Assembly: GCA_963707025.1 (NCBI GenBank)
Contig: CAVPOM010000004.1
Span: forward strand, 704,001 to 768,000
From: an uncultured Verrucomicrobiae bacterium
Lineage (GTDB): Bacteria > Verrucomicrobiota > Verrucomicrobiia > Limisphaerales > Palsa-1400
DNA: 64,000 bases
Direction of reading: 5' to 3'
The notes beneath the pieces were generated by a model that saw only the letters and a program-made list of their open reading frames with translations, made no database searches and had not been told where the DNA came from. Made by a program: the position numbers and the translations under genes. Positions 30,193 to 42,014 of this stretch are shown here, one piece after another; position 1 is the first letter of the stretch; each line of letters begins with the position of its first letter.

Positions 30193-31077
30193 ATGGAAAA
30201 TCCGGAACCCCCTGAAAACCAGTTGCCCCCGGCGGCGGTGTGGGGCAACGTTTTGAGTGTGGCGCAACATTACGACACCATTGGCATCATCGCGGGCAAC
30301 CGCTCGCTGCCGCTGCTCTTTGCCCGGCAGGCCCGCGCCCAGGGCGCCAAACACATCGTCGCCGCCGCCTTCGTCGGCGAGACGGACCCCCAACTGGCCG
30401 GGTTGGTGGACGAAATCGTCTGGCTCAAAGTCGGGCAGCTTTCCAAAATGATCTCCGCCTTCACCGAACGCGGGGTGCGCCATTGCGTGATGCTGGGCCA
30501 GATCGCGCCCAAGAATCTGTTCGATCTGCGGCCCGATTTCCGGGCGCTGTCCATTCTCCTCAAGCTCAAAGAAAAAAACGCGCAGACCATTTTCGGGGCC
30601 GTCGGTGACGAACTGAAGAAGGATGGAATTGAATTGCTGCCGCCTCTTCCCTGGCTGCGTCCGCTCATGCCTGCGGCGGGATTTGCCCTGGGGCCGGCCT
30701 TGAGCGGCGCACGCAAGGAGGATGTGGCATTTGGTTTTCGCCTGGCCAAGCAGGTTTCCCGCATGGAAATCGGGCAAACCGTCGTGGTCAAAGACGGCGC
30801 GGTGCTGGCGGTCGAGGCGCTGGAGGGCACCGATCAGTGTCTGCGGCGCGGCGGCGCGCTCGCCGGCAAGGCGGGCGGGGCGGTCGCGGTCAAAGTGGCC
30901 CGCGAAAACCACGATCTTCGTTTTGACATCCCCTGCATTGGCGTGAGCACGATGGAAGCCTGCCGCGAGGCCCGGATTGCGGCGCTGGCCTTTGAAGCAG
31001 GCATGACCCTGGTGCTGGAGCAAGAGGAAGTCGGGCCGATGGCCCGCCACCACAAAATCAGCCTGGTCGCCGTTTGA
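30193..31077 (+). CDS. lpxI: UDP-2,3-diacylglucosamine diphosphatase LpxI
   Basis: IGIIAGNRSLP, IGQTVVV, AVEALEGTD, DLRFDIP. Confidence 0.92.
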   Translation: MENPEPPENQLPPAAVWGNVLSVAQHYDTIGIIAGNRSLPLLFARQARAQGAKHIVAAAFVGETDPQLAGLVDEIVWLKVGQLSKMISAFTERGVRHCVMLGQIAPKNLFDLRPDFRALSILLKLKEKNAQTIFGAVGDELKKDGIELLPPLPWLRPLMPAAGFALGPALSGARKEDVAFGFRLAKQVSRMEIGQTVVVKDGAVLAVEALEGTDQCLRRGGALAGKAGGAVAVKVARENHDLRFDIPCIGVSTMEACREARIAALAFEAGMTLVLEQEEVGPMARHHKISLVAV

Positions 31078-31109
31078 GCCGGGGCGCGCGCCGGCAAATC
31101 CGCAAAACA

Positions 31110-32447
31110 ATGTCTTATTCCGAGGCCATCCGGTTTCTTTACGATCTCCAGGTTTTTGGCATGAAGCTGGGGTTGGAGAACGCTCTGCGCCTGGCCGCGC
31201 TGGCGGGCCATCCGCAAAACCGCCTGCGCTTCATCCATGTCGCCGGGACCAACGGCAAAGGCTCGACCTGCGCCATGCTGGAAGGCATCTACCGCGCGGC
31301 CGGATGGCGGGTTGGACTGTTCACCTCCCCGCACCTGGTTTCCTTTGCCGAGCGCATGCAGGTGGATCGCCGCCCGATAGGGCAGGGCGAGGTCGCGCGG
31401 TTGGTGGAGGAAATGCGGTCCCTGGTGCAGGGCGGAGATTTTCCCGACGCCCCGCCGACTTTTTTTGAAGTGGTGACGGTGATGGCCTTGCAATACTTCG
31501 CCCGGCAGGGCTGTGATCTGGTCATCTGGGAAACCGGCCTGGGCGGCCGCCTGGATGCCACCAATATCGTCACGCCGCTGGCCAGCGTCATCACCAACAT
31601 CCAGTTGGACCACCAGAAATGGCTGGGCAATACCGTGGCGGAAATCGCCCGGGAAAAAGCCGGCATCATCAAACCCAACATTCCGGTCATCACCACCGCC
31701 GCCGACCCCGCCGCGCTGGAAGTCATTTCCCAAACCGCCCGCGACCGCCCGGCGCCGCTGACCATCCTGACGGGTCGCGATGCGGAAATCCCCGATTATG
31801 AAGTCGGCCTGTGCGGGGAGCACCAGCGCACCAACGCCGCCCTGGCGCTGGCGGTGGTGCGGGCCTTGCGGGAACGCCTCCCGGTGACGGACGCCGCCAT
31901 GCGGGCCGGACTCAAGGAAGTGGAGTGGGCCGGGCGGTTGCAAAGAGTGGAGCGCGCCGACGGACAAATCATTCTGCTGGACGGAGCGCATAACCCCTCC
32001 GGCGCGCAAAGCCTGGCCGCCGCCTTGCCGGGGATGATGCCGCCCGGCGGATGGGGCGCGGGGCGGCGGCCGGCCCTGATTTTAGGTGCGATGCGGGACA
32101 AGGATTACGCCGCGATCTGCCAAATCCTGGCCCCGCTCGCCGGGAAAATCCTGCTGGCGCCCATCGGCAGCCACCGCACGGCCGACCCGGTGTTGCTGGC
32201 CGGTTATTGCCGCGCGGCCAATCCCGGGGCCCCCGCCGTGCCGTGCGAAAATCTGGCCGCCGCCCTGGCCCGGGCGGCCGGGGAAAAATTTATAGTTGTC
32301 ACCGGCTCCATCCATTTCATTGGCGAGGCCATGGAATTGCTGGGGCTGGTCCCTGCCTCCACCGAGCGGGCCTTGAACGATTATTATCCGTCCGCGGGTC
32401 CCTCTCCGCCATCGGCCCTGCGCCATCGGCCCTCCGCCATCCCGTGA
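31110..32447 (+). CDS. folC: Folylpolyglutamate synthase / dihydrofolate synthase
   Basis: HVAGTNGKGST, FTSPHL, ETGLGGRLDATN, EKAGIIK, LDGAHNP. Confidence 0.96.
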   Translation: MSYSEAIRFLYDLQVFGMKLGLENALRLAALAGHPQNRLRFIHVAGTNGKGSTCAMLEGIYRAAGWRVGLFTSPHLVSFAERMQVDRRPIGQGEVARLVEEMRSLVQGGDFPDAPPTFFEVVTVMALQYFARQGCDLVIWETGLGGRLDATNIVTPLASVITNIQLDHQKWLGNTVAEIAREKAGIIKPNIPVITTAADPAALEVISQTARDRPAPLTILTGRDAEIPDYEVGLCGEHQRTNAALALAVVRALRERLPVTDAAMRAGLKEVEWAGRLQRVERADGQIILLDGAHNPSGAQSLAAALPGMMPPGGWGAGRRPALILGAMRDKDYAAICQILAPLAGKILLAPIGSHRTADPVLLAGYCRAANPGAPAVPCENLAAALARAAGEKFIVVTGSIHFIGEAMELLGLVPASTERALNDYYPSAGPSPPSALRHRPSAIP

Positions 32448-33112
32448 CCACCATCCCCTCCCTGCGCGCGGTTACCCTGGATGTCGGCGGCACGCTCATC
32501 GCACCCTGGCCTTCCGTCGGCCACGTTTATGCGGCAGTGGCGGCGCGGCACGGGCTCCCGCTTTCGCCCGCAGCCCTCAACCGTCAGTTCGCCGCGGCGT
32601 GGCGGGCCAAAAGGGATTTTTCCCACGGCCGGGCCGGCTGGTCTGATTTGGTGGACCAAACCTTTGCCGGGCTGGTGGAAACGCCGCCGAGCCGGAGTTT
32701 TTTTCCGGAGCTTTACGAGGCGTTCAGTTCCGCCAAAGCGTGGCGGATTTACGAGGACGTTTTGCCCTGCCTGCAAGAGTTGCGCCGGCGGGGCCTCAAG
32801 TTGGGGGCGATTTCCAATTGGGACGAGCGCCTGCGCCCCCTGTTGAAAGAATTGGAACTCGACACCTGGTTCGATGCCATCGTCATCTCCGCGGAGGCCG
32901 GGCGGGCCAAACCCCACCCCGCCATTTTCCAGCGCGCCGCTGAGCAACTGCAAACCGATCCGGCCGCCATTCTGCACCTGGGCGACAGCCGGACGCAAGA
33001 TTTCGAAGGCGCGCGCGCCGCCGGTTTCCAGGCGCTGCTCCTCCGGCGCGGCCAACCGCGGCGCGGGGAGGACCAAATCAGTTCCCTGGCGGAGGCGCTT
33101 TCGCGCCTGTAG
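32444..33112 (+). CDS. HAD-IA family hydrolase (HDHD3/REG-2-like)
   Basis: DVGGTL, ISNWD, KPHPAIF, HLGDS...D; GTGA overlap with folC. Confidence 0.9.
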   Translation: MTTIPSLRAVTLDVGGTLIAPWPSVGHVYAAVAARHGLPLSPAALNRQFAAAWRAKRDFSHGRAGWSDLVDQTFAGLVETPPSRSFFPELYEAFSSAKAWRIYEDVLPCLQELRRRGLKLGAISNWDERLRPLLKELELDTWFDAIVISAEAGRAKPHPAIFQRAAEQLQTDPAAILHLGDSRTQDFEGARAAGFQALLLRRGQPRRGEDQISSLAEALSRL

Positions 33113-33245
33113 AACCGGCGATAAGGTTTCTTTATGTGCTCCCGACTTGGGCTAATACCTAGTCGGCGGCCGCGCAAGACGATTGACCTTGCCTGGCCGT
33201 TTCATTAGATTCGCGGGGTTTCTGGCCTGACGTTGCCAGGCAATC

Positions 33246-33947
33246 ATGTTTAATCTATTGCGCAACCTGTTCTGCTCCTCGCTCGGAAGGAAGTATGTCA
33301 TGGCCGTGACCGGCGGTGTGATGTTTCTTTTCGTCATCGGGCATCTGGTGGGCAATTTGCAAATTTTCATGGGTCCCGATCAGATCAATGCCTACGGCCA
33401 TTTCCTGCAGTCCAACCTCGAAATTATCTGGCCGGCCCGCCTCGTGCTGCTGGGTTGCGTGGCGCTCCATATTTGGGCCGCCGCCAGCCTGACGCGGGAG
33501 AACCTGGCCGCCCGGCCTGTCCAGTACGCCAACTGGGAGCCCACCGCCGCCAGTTATGCCTCGCGCACCATGATGTGGAGCGGGGTGATCGTGGCGGTGT
33601 TTATCATTTATCATTTGCTCCACTACACCGTCATGGTGCAGGCGGACAAAATTGGTCTGACGGGCCGGGATTTCCAATCCTTGCTGGACGATCAGAAGCG
33701 GCACGATATTTACAAAATGATGATCCTGGGTTTCAGCAATCTGTGGGTGTCGCTTTTTTATATGGTTGGGGTCGGCCTGCTTTGCCTGCACCTCAGCCAC
33801 GGCGCGAGCGCGATGTGGCAATCCCTGGGCTGGAAAAAAAATTCCTACTCCCCGGTGCTGGACGGAGTGGCGCGGTGGGGATCGCTCGCGATTTTCCTGG
33901 GTTATATCTCCATTCCGCTGGCCGTGTTGTTGAAAGCGATCCAATAA
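33246..33947 (+). CDS. sdhC: Succinate dehydrogenase cytochrome b558 subunit
   Basis: SSLGRKYVMAVTG, HLVGNL, ASRTM, HLSHG. Confidence 0.93.
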   Translation: MFNLLRNLFCSSLGRKYVMAVTGGVMFLFVIGHLVGNLQIFMGPDQINAYGHFLQSNLEIIWPARLVLLGCVALHIWAAASLTRENLAARPVQYANWEPTAASYASRTMMWSGVIVAVFIIYHLLHYTVMVQADKIGLTGRDFQSLLDDQKRHDIYKMMILGFSNLWVSLFYMVGVGLLCLHLSHGASAMWQSLGWKKNSYSPVLDGVARWGSLAIFLGYISIPLAVLLKAIQ

Positions 33948-33959
33948 AAATTGCCGCCC

Positions 33960-35869
<1,910 letters not shown>

Positions 35870-35873
<4 letters not shown>

Positions 35874-36643
35874 ACCTGACCCTGAAAGTTTGGCGGCAAA
35901 AGGACGCCCAAAGCCCGGGCCGGTTCGTCACTTACCAAGCCGGCAACGTCCTGAGCGACATGTCCTTTTTGGAAATGCTCGATGTGGTCAACGAGGAATT
36001 GATGGCCCGGGGCGAGGAACCGATTGCCTTCGATTCCGATTGCCGCGAAGGCATTTGCGGGACCTGTTCCATGGTCATCAATGGCAAGGCCCACGGCGGC
36101 CAGCCCGGCACCACGGTGTGCCAGTTGCACATGCGCCATTTCCAGGATGGCCAGACCATCCTGATCGAGCCGTGGCGCGCCCGCCCCTTTCCAGTGCTCA
36201 AGGATTTGATCGCGGACCGGAGCGCCTTTGACCGCATCATCCAGGCCGGCGGATTCGTTTCCGTCAACACCGGCGGCGCGCCCGACGGCAACGCCCTGCC
36301 CATTGCCAAAACCGCCGCCGAGCAGGCGATGGACGCGGCGGCCTGCATTGGTTGCGGGGCGTGCGTGGCGGCCTGCAAAAACGCCTCGGCCATGCTGTTC
36401 GTGGCCGCCAAAGTTTCCCATCTGGCCACCTTGCCCCAGGGCCAGGCCGAGCGCGAACAGCGCGTCCTCAACATGGTCAGGACCATGGACGAGGCCGGCT
36501 TCGGCAATTGCACCGTGACCGGTTCCTGCGAAGCCGTCTGTCCCAAGGAAATCAGTCTGGACTTCATCGCGCAAATGAACCGCGAATACGGCAAAGCCGT
36601 CCTCAAGAATTCCCTCGGCGGAAAGACCAGGGGCGGCCATTGA
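35870..36643 (+). CDS. sdhB: Succinate dehydrogenase iron-sulfur subunit
   Basis: [33 protein letters not shown]. Confidence 0.97.
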
Positions 36644-36668
36644 CCGAATGGCGGAAATTTCAACGGCT

Positions 36669-38948
36669 TCAATCACTTTGCGCTTTTGATCTCGTCTTGT
36701 GCCCGACCCAGTACAACAAACCGCACAGCAGCGCGAATGGAATCAGCGCCAGCCAATCCGACTGCGCCCCGGCATAGAACGGATTGAGCTTCTCGGCCCA
36801 CTCTGAGATGGTCTTGTTCTGCCGGGTCAACACCCCTTGCACCAGCGCGATGATGATTCCGGCAATCGCCCCGCCGGCGATGTAGCCGCTGGCCAGCAGC
36901 ACGCCGGGGCTTTTGTCGCTCTCGGCGTTGAGTTGCGCCTCCGTCAGGCCCGCGTCCCGCAAGTGGTGGCGCTGGCGGCGGTCCACCAGCCAGCGCACCA
37001 GCCCGCCCGCCAGCAGCGGCGTGGAAGCGGAAATGGGAAGGTAAACGCCCACCGCAAACGCCAGCGACGGGATACCCGACAACTCCAGCACCACTGAAAT
37101 CATGATGCCGAACAGAACCAGGCCCCAGGGCAGCTTCCCGCCCAGCAGGCCTTGAATGATGTCGGACATCAGCACCGCTTTCGGCACCGAATATTTTGTC
37201 ACCGGGCTTCCATCGGGCCGTTGCTTTTCCTGGCCGTTGATGCCCGGGTCAACCCGGTAGGCCACCGCGCCGGTGTCATCCACCAGGTATTTGACCGAAT
37301 TGCCGCCATTCTCATCCGTCTTTTGCCAGACATGGTAAGCGGCGTGATCCGCCGCCGCCTGCGGCCCCTGGAGTTTCTCCGGCCCACCCAGTTTCACTCC
37401 GGCGGGGACATGCAACACCGGCGCGTCCTTCGCCGGCGGAACGTAAACCGTCTGGGAGGCATTCAGACTCAAAAGAATGGGGGCCAGGGCCAGGGCGGAC
37501 GCCCCGGCCCCAATCAAGATCGCGATTTGTTGCAGCCGCGGCGTCGCTCCCAGCAGGAATCCCGATTTCAACGCTTGCGAGGTGCCCCCGCCATTGGAGG
37601 CCGCCACGCAGACGATTCCTCCCACCGACAGCGCGGTCACAAAATAGCGCGGTCCCTTCCAGCCCACCAGCAGGAAAATCAGGCAGGTCAGGATGAGCGT
37701 GGCCACCGTCATCCCGGAAATGGGGTTGGAGGACGACCCGATTTCCCCGGTGATGCGGGAGGAAACCGTCACGAAGAGAAAGCCAAAAACGACAATGAGA
37801 ACAGCGCCCATCAGATTCATGCGCAGCGACGGCATGGCCCAGATGATCGCCACCAAGGCCAGGCAGCCCAGCACCACAAACTTCATCGAAAGATCCTGCT
37901 CCGTGCGCAACGCCTTGGCCCGCGCCTGTCTGGCCGACGCCCCGAAATCGGAGAATCCGGCGCGAATAGCCCGCCAGATCAGCGGCAACGACCGGCCCAG
38001 GCTGATGATCCCCCCCGCCGTCACCGCCCCCGCACCGATGTAAAGAATGTAAGCGCCATGCACGCCGGCCGGGTCCATGTCCTTGATCAGTTTGGTGCCC
38101 GGCGCAATCGGAACTGTCGCGTCTTCGCCGAAATATTTGATCAGTGGGATCAGCACCAGATAAGACAACACCCCCCCGGCGGCCATAATGGCGGAAACGC
38201 GGGTGCCAATGACATAACCAACCCCCAACAGTTCCGGCGATATTTCCGCCGAAATCGAGCCGCCGTTGAAAGGCGCGGCAAAGATTTTTTCCGGCGTGTC
38301 CTTCCACGCCTTGAAAGCCGACATGGCCGCCTTGTAAAGCAACCCGACGCCGAAGCCGGTAAAAATGGCCGCGCCGCCCGCGGCCGCCTTGGCCTTCCCG
38401 CCGGCTGCCCCAACGCCCGCCTGATGGCTCTCGCCCGCCTTGAGCACCTCGGCGCAGGCCGTCCCTTCCGGGTATTTCAACTCTTTGTGCTGTTGCACGA
38501 TCAACGCCCGGCGCAGCGGAATCATCATCAAAATCCCCAGCCAGGCCCCCAAGAGGGCCACCAGCATGACCCGCGTCATCTCCAGATCGTAGCCCAGAAT
38601 GAGGATGGCCGGCATGGTGGCGCCCACGCCAAAGGCGATGGATTCGCCCGCGCAACCGGCCGTTTGCGCAATATTATTTTCCAAAACGGTCGCATCCCGG
38701 CCCCCGAAGAGCTTGGCCCAGAGGCGGAACAGCGTCAGCGAAATCACCGCCACCGGAATGGAGGCGCTGACCGTGATCCCGACCTTGAGCATCAGGTAAA
38801 GCGACGAGGCCCCGAAAACGACGCCGAGCAGGGTTCCCAGAATAATGGCGCGCGGCGTGCTTTCCGCCATGCGCGCTTCGGCGGGGACATGGGGCTGGAA
38901 GCCCGCGCCGCCTTTGCCCCCGCCGGCCGGTTCATTATCAGATGGCAT
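36669..38948 (-). CDS. OPT family oligopeptide transporter
   Basis: LKVGITVSASIP, LENNIAQT, LKYPEGTACA, SSNPISGM, FAVGVYLP. Confidence 0.93.
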   Translation of the reverse strand: MPSDNEPAGGGKGGAGFQPHVPAEARMAESTPRAIILGTLLGVVFGASSLYLMLKVGITVSASIPVAVISLTLFRLWAKLFGGRDATVLENNIAQTAGCAGESIAFGVGATMPAILILGYDLEMTRVMLVALLGAWLGILMMIPLRRALIVQQHKELKYPEGTACAEVLKAGESHQAGVGAAGGKAKAAAGGAAIFTGFGVGLLYKAAMSAFKAWKDTPEKIFAAPFNGGSISAEISPELLGVGYVIGTRVSAIMAAGGVLSYLVLIPLIKYFGEDATVPIAPGTKLIKDMDPAGVHGAYILYIGAGAVTAGGIISLGRSLPLIWRAIRAGFSDFGASARQARAKALRTEQDLSMKFVVLGCLALVAIIWAMPSLRMNLMGAVLIVVFGFLFVTVSSRITGEIGSSSNPISGMTVATLILTCLIFLLVGWKGPRYFVTALSVGGIVCVAASNGGGTSQALKSGFLLGATPRLQQIAILIGAGASALALAPILLSLNASQTVYVPPAKDAPVLHVPAGVKLGGPEKLQGPQAAADHAAYHVWQKTDENGGNSVKYLVDDTGAVAYRVDPGINGQEKQRPDGSPVTKYSVPKAVLMSDIIQGLLGGKLPWGLVLFGIMISVVLELSGIPSLAFAVGVYLPISASTPLLAGGLVRWLVDRRQRHHLRDAGLTEAQLNAESDKSPGVLLASGYIAGGAIAGIIIALVQGVLTRQNKTISEWAEKLNPFYAGAQSDWLALIPFALLCGLLYWVGHKTRSKAQSD

Positions 38949-39013
38949 GGCCCCTGTTTTAAACGAAGCCCGCCAAATAAGGAGCAAAATCTTCGCCTCA
39001 ACCCCAAAAAGTT

Positions 39014-39037
39014 GTAGCGGCGGTCTATGATCGCCGC
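39014..39037 (+). repeat. GTAG-type REP-like palindrome, second copy
   Basis: GTAG CGGCGGTC TAT GATCGCCG, matching 2676-2698. Confidence 0.6.
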
Positions 39038-39096
39038 ATTTTTCCACGTTCCACGGCACGGAGAAACTCTGTCGAGCCGTGACCCGATTCCAACGG

Positions 39097-40680
39097 TCAT
39101 CGATCCTGCTCGCGGTCGAACAGCATCATTTCCGTGAAGGCCCTTTTTGGATACCCGGATCTCGACCACGTATGATTTCGCGTGTTGTAATTCCATCCGC
39201 GTCGCATCAGTTGTTTGGCAAATTCTTCCCGATCCAGATTCAGGCAGCTCAAGGCGCGGCGATGCCACAATTCAATGACCAGCCGGTTGAACAGAGCCTC
39301 GCTGGTAAAACTGCTTGCGTCATTGTTAAGGCAGGCGTCGAAAACCTCCGGGAGAATGCCCGCTGAATCCACCTCCGGAGCGGTATTTGCCGGCATCGCC
39401 GCCTTGGGAACTTTGGCTGGCTTGTAAAAGGTTAAAATCATTTCGCCCGCCAGCACGCGCGCGGAATTTTTCTTTTTGTGCATGGACCAAATCACGTCGC
39501 CGGTTTGCGTGATGGCCGCTTTGAGTTCTCCGCCGCATTCATTGGCCGTTTCCAGAATGGTGGCAAAGTAGCTCGTATCCCAGTGTTGAAAGACAATTGA
39601 AAACCAACGGTCCGGTTTCAAAAGGCGGAAAGAAGTTGTGATGCTGCGCGCCAGGCTTTGTTTGTAATGGTCTTCCGAGTGGCCGCGCTCGCCGCCCACA
39701 ATGGTTTCCTGTTCGCGTGTTTCCTCGTCGATCGCAAAGCCAAGCCAGTGGTTCCACAAAATGGAAAGGTCCAGATAACTGATGAACGCTCCGTAGGGCG
39801 GATCGGTAAAGATGTAATCCATGCTGCCGGGCTTGATCACTTTATCCAGCGTCGCCGCGTCGTGCGCCAGCACCCGGAAATTCCTTTGGCTGTCCAGTTC
39901 GAGCGAGCCGCCGGATGGCTGCTCCCGATAATCCCGCAGTCGCAACACTTCCTCTTTTGCCGCCAGCACGTTCAGGAAGCGGCCTTGAAAGGTTTCCCAA
40001 ATCGGAAGCTCCACGGTGTGCGCCGCCAGTTTGTAGCGATAGATGCTGAAAATGCTCGAACCGCCCCGGCTTTCCGCCCGGCCTTTGGCGGAAAGAAACG
40101 TTTTGTTCAGTTTGGCCACGGAGGCTGACCAGGCCAAAAGCAGCAAATCGCGGACTATTCCTGCTTCGCGCTCAATGCCTTGTTTCATCAAGGCGACTCC
40201 GGCCAACTGGCGCGGCGTGAACATGTCATAAAAATAATCCGCGTCCGAATTGCGCGGCAACCGGATGTTTTCCGGCAGGGGCAGTTTTTTCAGCCACTGC
40301 CTGGCCACCGCCTCGTCTTTTTCGATGGCGTGAATTTCCTGCGCGCAACTCCGCTCCACGCGCTCAAAAGCCTGGCGCAGCGGCGCGGTGGAAACCAGGG
40401 TGGTATCGGCGATGTTCCGGGCGATGAAGTTCGCAAACGGATTCAGGTCGTTTTGGATCGCGCACCGGCCCAGTAAAAATGCCTCAATCGCCGTCACGCC
40501 CGTGCCGCCGAACGGGTCGAGCACCACGTCGCCTTCTTCCGAATACCGTTCCAAGTAAGCGCGCACTACGTTGGCGGGTCGCCGGGTGAAATAAGGATGC
40601 ACCCCGTAATGACGCGCATCTTCCTGTCTGGCGGCAGGAATGGCTTCGAGAATCGGTTCGATACAGGCGCGAGAATTCAT
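39097..40680 (-). CDS. Amino (N6-A/N4-C) DNA methyltransferase
   Basis: HPYFTR, motif I VLDPFGGTG, motif IV IFTDPPY. Confidence 0.92.
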   Translation of the reverse strand: MNSRACIEPILEAIPAARQEDARHYGVHPYFTRRPANVVRAYLERYSEEGDVVLDPFGGTGVTAIEAFLLGRCAIQNDLNPFANFIARNIADTTLVSTAPLRQAFERVERSCAQEIHAIEKDEAVARQWLKKLPLPENIRLPRNSDADYFYDMFTPRQLAGVALMKQGIEREAGIVRDLLLLAWSASVAKLNKTFLSAKGRAESRGGSSIFSIYRYKLAAHTVELPIWETFQGRFLNVLAAKEEVLRLRDYREQPSGGSLELDSQRNFRVLAHDAATLDKVIKPGSMDYIFTDPPYGAFISYLDLSILWNHWLGFAIDEETREQETIVGGERGHSEDHYKQSLARSITTSFRLLKPDRWFSIVFQHWDTSYFATILETANECGGELKAAITQTGDVIWSMHKKKNSARVLAGEMILTFYKPAKVPKAAMPANTAPEVDSAGILPEVFDACLNNDASSFTSEALFNRLVIELWHRRALSCLNLDREEFAKQLMRRGWNYNTRNHTWSRSGYPKRAFTEMMLFDREQDR

Positions 40681-41531
40681 GCAGACAGAAACCTTGCGAG
40701 AGATCGCACCTCAACAAAGTCAACATGTTCATGCGGATGGCGGGTGTCATATTCCAGGCAGAGAACCACGGCCCGCGGCAGCGTTGGGTAATTCTTGATC
40801 TGATATTTGAAGCCGCTCGCTCGTTTCTTAATTTCGACAGGGCATGAATATTCAGGATAATCGCCAAAGCAAAATGAACTTGTTGGACAATCATAGCCTT
40901 TCAACAAATAAGAGCCAAGTCTCAGACCTAAATGGTCAAAGGCGCCCGCCAGCCGCAACAAATCTGCTTCACTCACCAGCTTTGGTTTGGGCTGGCTATG
41001 GTCTTGAAGAAAGCGTCTGAACTGCGACGCGGCCCATGCCAAGGCATCAGGATTGGCGAGCCAGGCCCGCTTAATCTGTTCCTTCCACAGTTCGCTTTCG
41101 AAACGCGCATTAAAAGAAAGCGGCGCCTCCGTTGACGGCAGGATTTTGGGGGAGCCTTTCCGCCAATGCGCTTCCATCGGGGCAAGAACAAACCTGCTTT
41201 TCGAATCGAACGTGATTTTAATTTCTATGCGCTCAAAATCACGGTCGGCATCCAAAGCGAACCAATGACGGATCGCCTCGCCAATAGAATCTTTGGACTC
41301 TCCTTTCTGAATCCGAAAATGTTGTGCGTTGGCCTTGACAATTCTTCCCCCCACAATTTTGTGATCGGGATCAACTGCATTAAAAGGCGTTTCCACAGGA
41401 CCATATGGAGTTTGAAGAATAACCTGGCATTTCTTGTGCCGCCGGATGTGCTCCAGAATATGCGCCGGGGCGTGTTGCAGCCAATACTGCGGCCCGCCCG
41501 AGTTTTCGAGCTTTGCTTGTTGAAGGTGCAT
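40677..41531 (-). CDS. Putative PD-(D/E)XK restriction endonuclease (start 41531 preferred; frame open to 41837)
   Basis: C-terminal GYDC...PVEIKK; stop overlaps the MTase ATG; lower GC than flanks. Confidence 0.6.
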   Translation of the reverse strand: MHLQQAKLENSGGPQYWLQHAPAHILEHIRRHKKCQVILQTPYGPVETPFNAVDPDHKIVGGRIVKANAQHFRIQKGESKDSIGEAIRHWFALDADRDFERIEIKITFDSKSRFVLAPMEAHWRKGSPKILPSTEAPLSFNARFESELWKEQIKRAWLANPDALAWAASQFRRFLQDHSQPKPKLVSEADLLRLAGAFDHLGLRLGSYLLKGYDCPTSSFCFGDYPEYSCPVEIKKRASGFKYQIKNYPTLPRAVVLCLEYDTRHPHEHVDFVEVRSLARFLSA

Positions 41532-41986
41532 AATCTGTTCTGCAACCCGGCAGGCAGCAAAAACACCGGGCGGGCGCGGTTCCAGTTCAACATCTTGCGC
41601 CAGATTTGCAACTACATTCGGCTGCGCCCTAATGGGATCGTGGCGGTGCCGCCGCGGTGCGCCGGTTTGGGGCCGCCGGCCCGACCCTTCAACCAAGTGG
41701 GACAAGAGGCTGAATTGCGCCTCCCCCTCATCGCTCTTGTAAAACTCCTCCGGGTATCTTGCCCCTTTGCGCGGCCATGACGCGCCCTCCGTGGCCCGCG
41801 CCCTGCTTTTCAAAAATCCAAGAATATCCCTCGACAAATGGCGCTTAAATGTTAATCTTTCTTAAGTGATGAGGGCAAGGCAGAAGAACAAGGCGGGCGG
41901 GCTTGGGTCGGGCCAAAGCGCAAGCTTCCGGCAGTCCCCGGACAAGTTGGGCTGCGCCCTTGTCTATAACGATAAAGAGACCGACG

Positions 41987-42013
41987 GTCAAACCCGGTCA
42001 AACCGAGTCAAAC
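41987..42013 (+). repeat. 3 x GTCAAAC in 10-bp phase (intron 5' exon)
   Basis: GTCAAAC at 41987, 41997 and 42007. Confidence 0.9.
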
Positions 42014-42014
42014 G

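Noticed and set aside
41532..41837. N-terminal extension of the putative endonuclease from TTG 41837
   Set aside because: Low-complexity Arg/Pro/Gly translation with intergenic-like composition; ATG 41531 preferred, though not proven
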